Position numbers and translations under genes: made by a program
Source: Bryobacteraceae bacterium
Lineage (GTDB): Bacteria; Acidobacteriota; Terriglobia; Bryobacterales; Bryobacteraceae
Assembly: GCA_050012115.1 (NCBI GenBank)
Contig: JBEKHU010000001.1
Coordinates: forward strand, 1 to 25,726
Direction: 5' to 3'
DNA: 25,726 nucleotides
Notes under the pieces: model-generated
Seen by the model: only the letters and a program-made list of their open reading frames with translations
Database searches by the model: none
Told to the model about the DNA's origin: nothing
In this document: piece by piece, positions 17,300 to 24,079 of the stretch
How the letters are laid out: every line of letters starts with the position of its first letter
Position numbering within the stretch: position 1 is the first letter of the stretch

Positions 17300-17399
17300 A
17301 TGACTACTGAGTAGTTAGGCGTCGAGTTAAAGTCATTATATTAAATGACTTAGAAATGGCAGGATGACTGCGAGTAGTCATCCGGGGCGAGTTTGCCCC
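17300..17399. repeat. Cluster of ATGACT-core palindromes
   Basis: TGACTAC-TGA-GTAGTTA (17301-17317), AAGTCATT-ATATTA-AATGACTT (17330-17351), GGATGACT-GCGAGT-AGTCATCC (17362-17383) and GGGGCGA-GT-TTGCCCC (17384-17399). Confidence 0.7.
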
Positions 17400-17486
17400 A
17401 GGCGCAGGGGCGGGCAGTGATATGGTATGGAAACGGCCGCGGCGGCCACGGCGGCGGCGCGCGCGGCGCGGAGGGAGGAGGGCGGA

Positions 17487-18821
17487 ATGAGCGAAGCTGA
17501 CGTATTGATCGTCGGGGCGGGGCCGGCCGGGATCTGTTGCGCGCGGACGCTGCACCGGCACGGCGTCGGGTTCAAGGTTCTGGAAGCCTCCGACGGCATT
17601 GGCGGGCGGGTGCGCAGCGACCGGCAGGACGGCTTCATCCTCGACCGCGGATTTCAGGTTCTGCTGACGGCCTATCCCGAGGCGCTGGACCAGCTCGACT
17701 ACGACGCGCTGGGGCTGCGGCCGTTCCTGTCCGGAGCCATGATCCGCCACCACGGGCATTTCGTGCGGTTGAGCGACCCGGCACGCGAGCCCGGTGCGGT
17801 GCTGAACAACCTGTTCGCGCCGGTCGGGTCGTTGCTGGACAAGTACCGGCTGTGGAAACTGCGCTACGACGTGACGCACGAGAGCATTGCGGATCTGTTC
17901 GAGGACCCGGAGACCACCACCCTGCAAGCGCTGCGGCAGCGCCGCTTCTCGGCGCGCATGATCGAGACATTCTTCAAACCGCTGCTCGGCGGCATGCTGC
18001 TGGACTCCAAGCTGACCGCCTCGTCGCGGCTGTTCCATTTTGTCTTCAAGATGTTGACCGAAGGCGATGTTGCGCTGCCGGAGCAAGGAATCGGCGCGAT
18101 CCCGGCGCAACTGGCGAAGAATCTGCCGGAGGGCTCGTTTCAGTTGAACACCCAGGTGCGGTCGGCCGGCCGTGGGCAGGTCGTGCTGGAGTCCGGCGAG
18201 GCGCTCCAGGCGCGGGCGGTGGTCGTGGCCGCGGACGGTCCGGAGGCCGTGCGCCTGCTGGGTCTGGGGCACGCCATCAACTCGCGCAGCGTCTCGGTGC
18301 TGTACTTCGCGGCCAAGGAGCCCCCGCTGGAAGAGCCGATGCTGGTGCTCAACGGGGGGAGCCGCGGGCCGGTGAACAACCTCTGCGTCCCCAATCTCGT
18401 GCAGCCCGGCTACGCCCCGCTAGGCGACTGGCTGGTCTCAGCGACCGTCCTGGGCTGGCCGACCAGCGACGAAAAGCTGCTCATCGACAGCGTGCGCGCG
18501 CAACTGCGGCGCTGGTACGGGCTGGTGGCGCACGAGTGGCGGCTGTTGCGGCTGTATCGGATCCAACACGCGCATCCGGTGGTTTATCCTCTGGGCTGGC
18601 AGCAGGAGCAGCGGCTGGACGCCGGGCTGTATTACTGCGGCGACCACCGCGCCACGCCGTCCTTCCAGGGGGCGATGGAGTCGGGGCGCCTGGCGGCGGA
18701 GGCGCTGCTGGGCGAGCTGGGCATCGAGGTCCAGCCGAGCCATCCGGAGCCGGCCAACGCGGCTCACCGGCGGAGCCGTCCCGGGCCACAGCCGGGCGTC
18801 GAAGAGGAAGACGACGACTGA
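17487..18821 (+). CDS. FAD-dependent oxidoreductase (flavin amine oxidase / phytoene-dehydrogenase-like) (444 aa)
   Basis: ATG at 17487 after GGAGGAGG. Motifs DVLIVGAGPAG (GxGxxG), LEASDGIGGRVRSD, LDRGFQVL and CGDH...FQGAMESGRLAA. Confidence 0.88.
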   Translation: MSEADVLIVGAGPAGICCARTLHRHGVGFKVLEASDGIGGRVRSDRQDGFILDRGFQVLLTAYPEALDQLDYDALGLRPFLSGAMIRHHGHFVRLSDPAREPGAVLNNLFAPVGSLLDKYRLWKLRYDVTHESIADLFEDPETTTLQALRQRRFSARMIETFFKPLLGGMLLDSKLTASSRLFHFVFKMLTEGDVALPEQGIGAIPAQLAKNLPEGSFQLNTQVRSAGRGQVVLESGEALQARAVVVAADGPEAVRLLGLGHAINSRSVSVLYFAAKEPPLEEPMLVLNGGSRGPVNNLCVPNLVQPGYAPLGDWLVSATVLGWPTSDEKLLIDSVRAQLRRWYGLVAHEWRLLRLYRIQHAHPVVYPLGWQQEQRLDAGLYYCGDHRATPSFQGAMESGRLAAEALLGELGIEVQPSHPEPANAAHRRSRPGPQPGVEEEDDD

Positions 18822-18840
18822 GCCGGCGCGCGCGGCTCAG
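18818..18840 (+). terminator. GC-rich hairpin overlapping the oxidoreductase stop
   Basis: CTGAGCCG-GCGCGCG-CGGCTCAG, an 8-bp stem with no clear U-tract. Confidence 0.35.
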
Positions 18841-18993
18841 TAATATCACCGCTCCTTGGCAGTCGCGACTCGAACACATCGTCTCCACGGCAGGCCACGG
18901 GATGGCCCGCAATTCGATCACGTCAGGCGGCTTGCGAACGATAAGATACGAGAGTCCCGCCCTGGCGCGGGCACTCGTAAGGTAGCGCCTGGC

Positions 18994-19281
18994 ATGGGGG
19001 TGGGGAAGAGTTACGCCGTTCTTCTGCTGTTGACAGGGTTGCTGCGCCTGCCGGCGCAGCAGGTCAATTTCCAGGCCAATTTCAGGGCATTCGGCTTCGA
19101 AAGCGGGCTGGGGAACCTGGGCGTTGAAGGCGTCGTGCAGGACCACCAGGGCTTCCTGTACGTGGCGACGGAAGGCGGGCTGTTCCGGTATGACGGCGAG
19201 AAACTCGAGAGCGCCGGAGACGGCCCGGGATCAACCGCCGAAGTGGAGCCCGTGGCAGGCCCGTTTTCCACATCCAGTTGA
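18994..19281 (+). pseudogene. Fragment (95 aa) of a ligand-binding two-component sensor beta-propeller (one Reg_prop-like blade); truncated gene or stand-alone mini-protein
   Basis: Signal-like MGVGKSYAVLLLLTGLLRLPAQQ, then FRAFGFESGLGNLGVEGVVQDHQGFLYVATEGGLFRYDG, matching the F..Y...DGL..N.V..I.QD..GFLW.GT..GL.RYDG pattern. The stop comes about 25 aa later. Confidence 0.6.
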
Positions 19282-19342
19282 GGCGGACCGCATCCGGCCG
19301 CGGGATGCGGGCGGGGCCGTGGCGGGCCGGTATGGCACCCCC

Positions 19343-19371
19343 TTGACACGCAGATTCATTCGATGTAATTT
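19343..19371 (+). promoter_or_regulatory. Candidate sigma70 promoter upstream of the micropeptide
   Basis: Perfect -35 TTGACA (19343-19348), 17-bp spacer, TAnnnT-type -10 TAATTT (19366-19371). Confidence 0.45.
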
Positions 19372-19484
19372 CGGGCATCCTAGTCTGAAAAGGACGTTCG
19401 AGGGGGCGTCCGATCGGGGGGCGAAGCAGGCAGGGCGGCGCACCCAAGCGTAGTGTCCGCAGAACCGAAGGGAAGCAGTCTGTC

Positions 19485-19616
19485 ATGGACGAACTGAATT
19501 GGAATCCACCCGAGGATCCGGAGCGCAAGCCGGAGGGCGAACTGAGCGAGGAGCAGGCCGACGAGGTGACGGGCGGCAAACAGGTGGACTCGTCAACGCC
19601 TCAGCTATATCACTGA
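19485..19616 (+). CDS. 43-aa peptide with double-glycine-type leader (bacteriocin/RiPP-precursor-like)
   Basis: Below the ORF-track cutoff. MDELNWNPPEDPERKPEGELSEEQADEVTGG|KQVDSSTPQLYH. AAGGGAA lies about 11 nt before the ATG, and a 10-bp hairpin lies 30 nt after the stop. Confidence 0.65.
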   Translation: MDELNWNPPEDPERKPEGELSEEQADEVTGGKQVDSSTPQLYH

Positions 19617-19645
19617 GCCCACAGGCCGTCGACGGCTGGGCGAGT

Positions 19646-19668
19646 GTGTCCCCGGGCCCCGGGGACAC
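19646..19668. terminator. Hairpin between the micropeptide and the convergent gene
   Basis: GTGTCCCCGG-GCC-CCGGGGACAC, a perfect 10-bp stem. Confidence 0.4.
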
Positions 19669-19757
19669 GGAGCATTGGTCAGGATGGAAAGCCGGGCGGC
19701 GGCCGGGCATCGGGAATGGGCAGGATCAACGTCAGCCGGCCCGTGCGCGGGCGGGTG

Positions 19758-20321
19758 TCAGCGGAGGATAATCGCGCCTTCCGATGCGCTGGAGCGGCGG
19801 ATGGAGGCGACTTTGCCCTCGCGCAACTGCACGTCCAGGCCACGATCGGAGCGGGTGTAGTTCAGCGTCTGCTCGCCGGCAGTGGAGGACCATTTCATGG
19901 ACGGCGGTCCGAAGCGGCGCAGGACCTCGGCGGAGTCCATGCCTTCCTGGATGCCGGCGGGATCCTCATACGAGGGGGCCGGGGCGGCAGGCGCCGCGGG
20001 AGCGGGCGTGAGAGGAACGAGCGCAACGGCGGACTCCTCGGCGGCGGGCGGTGCGGCGCGGGGCGCCGGCGCGGATGGGGCAGCGGAGGAGGCGGGGCTT
20101 GTGCCGGGCATGGTGCTGCTCAGAGGTTTGAGCGTCTTGGGCGGCAGCGCGGGAATCTCTTGGCCGATTTTTCGGACCTTTTCCCCGACGGTGTTGCCCA
20201 GGCGCTGAGCCGCTCCGGCCGTGGCGGCGGCCGTGGCAGCGCCTAACGAATGTTCCACGATGGCCTGGGCGGCGAGGCACACAGGCAGCGCAAACAAGGC
20301 TATTCCAATGCGCGGAAACAT
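19758..20321 (-). CDS. Secreted hypothetical protein with Pro/Ala linker and C-terminal SmpA/OmlA(BamE)-like small domain (187 aa)
   Basis: Signal peptide MFPRIGIALFALPVCLAAQA, a PAPAAPAAPAP linker, and IQEGMDSAEVLRRFGPP matching the I..GM...EV....G.P pattern. Confidence 0.65.
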   Translation of the reverse strand: MFPRIGIALFALPVCLAAQAIVEHSLGAATAAATAGAAQRLGNTVGEKVRKIGQEIPALPPKTLKPLSSTMPGTSPASSAAPSAPAPRAAPPAAEESAVALVPLTPAPAAPAAPAPSYEDPAGIQEGMDSAEVLRRFGPPSMKWSSTAGEQTLNYTRSDRGLDVQLREGKVASIRRSSASEGAIILR

Positions 20322-20682
20322 AAATCTGCCTCTGCCGACAGTATAACTCGCAGTGTGCCGAACACTTGCTTAAAATCTCGGGTCATGCCAGATGAATAGT
20401 ACCGCGACAGTAATGGCAGGCAGTTCCGTGGAGGTGGTTTCAGCCGCTTTTCGGGGGTGGCGGGTTGCCGGCGGGGGGCCGCGGCAAACGAGATCCCGGA
20501 CGGCCTCGCCGGCGAGAAAAGCCTGCGCGGCACAGGCAGGATGGGCTATCATTGACCACACAAAAGCATGGATTCGCCCGTGGAATCCGTGTAAACTCAA
20601 CAAACGCCGGTGGGGATGGGCGAGGAGACTCATTCCGATTCCGGCTCAGGCCAACCAAGACAGAAAGGATGCGAGTTTGATT

Positions 20683-21465
20683 ATGACCAAGCGTGTATTC
20701 GCTGCTATGGCCCTGCTGTGCGCAGGATTTGCCCTGTCCGCCCAGCAGCCGCCCAAGTCCCTTACCTCGGTCTCCACGTTCAAGGTGAGTCCGGGGCAGG
20801 AGAACGCGTTCGTAGAAAAGGGGAGAGGCTTTGCGCCCCTGCTCGACAAACTGATGGCGTCGGGCATCGTCACGGCCTACGGCATCGACGTCGACATGCT
20901 GCATGTGCCGGGCGAGAACAACGTCGGATTCTGGGTGGAAGTGCCCGATTTTACGGCGTTGGATAAAGCGCAAAAGGCGCTGGATGAATTCGAGGCAGCC
21001 AATCCCAGGCTGATGGGGGATCTGCGCGCCATGGCCGACATGACCACGCATCGCGACCTGATCATCGGCGCTCGGGAAAAGAACGTCGGGAGCGTACCGG
21101 CGGGCAGCAAGCCGGTCAACGACTTCGATATAGCCCGGGTGAAGCCGGGGCGGATGGACGATTTCATGGCGCTGTTCCGCAAGTACGACAAGCCCGTGCT
21201 CGACAAGCTGGTGGCGGACGGGGTGATCTATGGCTATGAGCTCGACACCGAAGCCGTGCACACGATGGAGCCGGGCCTGGTGTGGGGCATCGTGATGATG
21301 CCGGACCTGGGCATCAAAGACAAGGTGTGGACGGCGTTTGTGGCGTCGTACAAGAACCTGCCGGAGGAGGAGCGGAACATGGTGGACAAGATGTACGAGG
21401 ACACGATCGTCCCCGGTTCGCACCGCGACAGCCTCTCGGTGAGCGTCGTGTTCAAGTCGAAGTAG
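20683..21465 (+). CDS. Secreted hypothetical protein with two tandem ferredoxin-like (NIPSNAP/dimeric alpha-beta-barrel-like) domains (260 aa)
   Basis: ATG at 20683 after AGAAAGGA. Signal MTKRVFAAMALLCAGFALSAQQ. Internal duplication KVSPG...PLLDKLMASGIVTAYGID...HRD and RVKPG...PVLDKLVADGVIYGYELD...HRD. Confidence 0.75.
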   Translation: MTKRVFAAMALLCAGFALSAQQPPKSLTSVSTFKVSPGQENAFVEKGRGFAPLLDKLMASGIVTAYGIDVDMLHVPGENNVGFWVEVPDFTALDKAQKALDEFEAANPRLMGDLRAMADMTTHRDLIIGAREKNVGSVPAGSKPVNDFDIARVKPGRMDDFMALFRKYDKPVLDKLVADGVIYGYELDTEAVHTMEPGLVWGIVMMPDLGIKDKVWTAFVASYKNLPEEERNMVDKMYEDTIVPGSHRDSLSVSVVFKSK

Positions 21466-21644
21466 CGCCGGGGCGCGGCGGAATTCCGGCGGCGCCGGGT
21501 TTGGCACCCGGGCCAGACGAAGGCTGGCGAGGGGCGTAGTACTGGAGCCCCTAGTACGACCGCGGTTGAAACCGGGAGGGGAAAACAATATTCTTGCTTT
21601 GGAAGCACGGATTGGAGGAATCCGACTCTGGTCCTCTTTCAAGG

Positions 21645-21680
21645 GGGGCTTGATCTTGCCGCAGCACTCAAGCCCCTTTC
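21645..21680. terminator. Intergenic hairpin, possible intrinsic terminator
   Basis: GGGGCTTGA-N14-TCAAGCCCC followed by TTTC. Confidence 0.35.
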
Positions 21681-22091
21681 TAATCGATCGACGCTTGACA
21701 GCCGTCTGGCGCAGCTCCACGAAACAGCCCCCATTCCCAAGCCCAGACCCCTAACACCAGGAGCGCCCGCCGGGCCCGACCGCTCTCCAGCGTGCGGAAG
21801 GCGCAGCGAAACGGCGTGTCCGTTTCTTTCCCGCTGGGCAGCGCTGAATCGCAGCGCGCTCGTTGCCGCTGCTCGCATTCCCAGGGATAAAGTCAGCCGG
21901 GCGGCGCGCGCAAGCGGAGGCGCGGGGATTTCTGCCACAGGCGGTTCAAGCAGTAATAGGACAATTCGAAGCTAGTTCTGGACCCTTTGGGTTCTTGTAG
22001 TTACGCAGGGCTCGGGTAGCTTTATGAGTAGCAGGATCCCCGCCGGACGCTGTGCGAAAAGATCGATTCTTCCGGCGGGAGTGAGGCTCTC

Positions 22092-22721
22092 ATGAAGAAA
22101 ACGGTGTTAGTCCTGGCGGCGGCAGTCCTGTCGGCGGCAGCCGCACATGCCGGCACGATCTACCTGGATTTCGCCTACAGCGGGCCTGGGGTCAACGCCA
22201 GCGGCGTCCTGACAGCGACGACGGTGGCCCCGGACGAGTACCTGATTACGGGGGTCACTGGCCAGCGGAATGGCACCCCAATTACGGCTTTCCTATATCC
22301 GACGACAGGGGCTCCGGGTAGCCTGGTCTACATCTCCAATGGGTCCAGTATCGACAACCTGCTTTTTCTGCCGCCGTTGCCGGGCCCCTTCAGTAACTGG
22401 AATGGGACGAACGACTCCCCCAGCGGTTTTGTTTTTCAGACGAAGGACGGGCAATTCAACCCCTATACGACCAACGGCGTGACGTACGAGTACAACCTGT
22501 CGGTGGGCGGTTCCGGTTATGGGATCCCGATCCAGTTCTCAGCCACGCCGGAGGCGCCCGAGCCGGCGACGCTGGCGCTGCTCGGCAGCGGCCTGTTGGG
22601 ATTGGGCAGGCTGGCACGGCGCCGCGTGGGACGGGCGGGGCGTGCGCGGGCGGGCGTGAGAATTAATGATACGGACGTCGCAAATTCTCTAAAGACTGGC
22701 GGCGATTGTCCGATAGGGTAA
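22092..22721 (+). CDS. PEP-CTERM sorting-domain surface protein (209 aa)
   Basis: Signal MKKTVLVLAAAVLSAAAAHAG, a Thr/Gly/Asn-rich beta domain, and the sorting signal APEPATLALLGSGLLGLGRLARRR. Confidence 0.9.
   Translation: MKKTVLVLAAAVLSAAAAHAGTIYLDFAYSGPGVNASGVLTATTVAPDEYLITGVTGQRNGTPITAFLYPTTGAPGSLVYISNGSSIDNLLFLPPLPGPFSNWNGTNDSPSGFVFQTKDGQFNPYTTNGVTYEYNLSVGGSGYGIPIQFSATPEAPEPATLALLGSGLLGLGRLARRRVGRAGRARAGVRINDTDVANSLKTGGDCPIG
22690..22716 (+). promoter_or_regulatory. Candidate sigma28 (FliA/SigD)-type promoter upstream of the Flp pilin cluster
   Basis: TAAA (22690-22693), N15, TCCGATAG (22709-22716) versus the consensus TAAA-N15-GCCGATAA. It ends about 190 bp before pilin 1. Confidence 0.5.
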
Positions 22722-22904
22722 TGGAACTAAATAATTCAGGTCATGGAACCTTTGGGATCTAGTATTTGCGTGCAGTGCAGAGTAAGTTTTGAATTGGCAG
22801 CAAGAATTAGAGCCGACCTGTCCGCCTGAGGTTGTGGCTCAAATATGAAAAGGTCTAACCCGGGTGAACAAGCCACCCAACGAAACAAAAGGAGAAATTG
22901 AGTC

Positions 22905-23087
22905 ATGTCTTATGTGAAGAATTTCCTGAAGGACGAAGAAGGCCAGGACATGGTGGAATACACCCTCTTGCTGGCTTTCGTCGCTCTGGCCGCCGGCGCC
23001 GCCTATGTGACCATCGGCAACAACATCAGCGGCATTTGGAGCAAGGCCCAGACCGACATCACCAACGCCGCCGCGGCAGCGAAGTAG
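22905..23087 (+). CDS. flp: Flp/Fap family type IVb pilin, copy 1 (60 aa)
   Basis: AAGGAG RBS. Short charged leader, cleavage site G|QDMVEY (Flp GxxxxEY motif) and a hydrophobic helix. Confidence 0.92.
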   Translation: MSYVKNFLKDEEGQDMVEYTLLLAFVALAAGAAYVTIGNNISGIWSKAQTDITNAAAAAK

Positions 23088-23406
23088 TCGCGCGGGCGTG
23101 TCGCTTGCGGCAGGGCGAGACGATCGCCCTGCTGGGGTCGTCCGGTCCCGAGGGTGCCCCCGGGGCCGGGGACGCCGACCGCGCCGTTTGAGGCCGGCCG
23201 AAGCGGGGTTTTATGGGGCTGTGGCGGCGTCATCCGGATTGGGGACGTACGATGTGCTTCTCTGGCCTCGGGTGGACGTCGCGCTGGTTGCGTTTCGAGC
23301 CTGATGTGCGATCGTCTCGATCGCGTGCGGCGGAGTGACCAGGAACCGGCAGGGATGCCTGTTGCTGGTTTTTGAGTCCGAAAGTAATACAAGGAGAAAT
23401 TGAGTC

Positions 23407-23589
23407 ATGTCTTATTTGAAGAACTTTCTGAAGGACGAAGAAGGCCAGGACATGGTGGAATACACCCTCCTGCTGGCTTTCGTCGCTCTGGCCGCCGGCG
23501 CCGCTTACGTGACCATCGGCAACAACATCAGCGGCATTTGGAGCAAGGCCCAGACTGACATCACCAACGCCGCCGCGGCTGCGAAGTAG
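23407..23589 (+). CDS. flp: Flp/Fap family type IVb pilin, copy 2 (60 aa)
   Basis: Same AAGGAGAAATTGAGTC-ATG leader as copy 1. The mature sequence is identical to copy 1. Confidence 0.92.
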   Translation: MSYLKNFLKDEEGQDMVEYTLLLAFVALAAGAAYVTIGNNISGIWSKAQTDITNAAAAAK

Positions 23590-23791
23590 TCGCGCGGGCG
23601 TATCACCTGCGGCAGGGCGAGACCATCGCCCTGCTGTGATTCTCTCGTCTTTAGGCGCCGCGACTCTGGAAGCATTGGCCTCGCTGGACCGACGCCGCCA
23701 GAGTCTACGTTTGTGGGTAAGAACCAGGCGGATGGGCAGCCTGATGTGGATCAGGCCAGCCGCCAAACGCCTCTAAAGGAGGAATGGGAAC

Positions 23792-23974
23792 GTGTCCTTT
23801 CTTAAGAACTTTCTGCAGGACGAACAAGGCCAGGACATGGTGGAATACACCCTCTTGCTGGCTTTCGTCGCGCTGGCCGCCGGCGCCGCTTACGTTACCA
23901 TTGGTAACAACATCAGCGGCATATGGAGCGTGGCCCAGACTGACGTTACGAACGCCGCCGCGGCTGCCAAGTAA
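23792..23974 (+). CDS. flp: Flp/Fap family type IVb pilin, copy 3 (60 aa)
   Basis: GTG start after AAAGGAGG. G|QDMVEY motif. The mature part differs from copies 1 and 2 at two residues (K47V, I52V). Confidence 0.92.
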   Translation: MSFLKNFLQDEQGQDMVEYTLLLAFVALAAGAAYVTIGNNISGIWSVAQTDVTNAAAAAK

Positions 23975-24079
23975 TCGCGCGGGCTGGTCACCTGCAGCAG
24001 GGCGAGACCATCGCTCCGAAGGGATTGGTGTGTCCCGCAGATCTACTTGATTCACTATCGTCCCGACCGCTGCGGGCGG

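Noticed and set aside
19333-19347. Sigma54-like TGGCAC...TTG upstream of the micropeptide
   Set aside because: There is no GC at the -12 position (GG-N10-AC). A sigma70-type TTGACA-17-TAATTT fits better.
20440-21720. 426-aa minus-strand ORF
   Set aside because: It lies antisense to the secreted tandem-domain gene, which has an RBS, a signal peptide and an internal repeat.
21639-21938. 99-aa minus-strand ORF in the intergenic gap before the PEP-CTERM gene
   Set aside because: It has a low-complexity Ala/Arg composition, no convincing RBS and no motif.
21930-21970. tRNA T-loop-like GGTTCAA
   Set aside because: No T-stem pairing, acceptor stem or anticodon arm could be built.
22800-22904. c-di-GMP riboswitch in the pilin leader (GGTCTAA and a GTGGCT/AGCCAC stem)
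   Set aside because: The GGCAAAC...GAAA tetraloop and GACGCAAAGC elements of the GEMM motif are absent. An Rfam scan would settle it.
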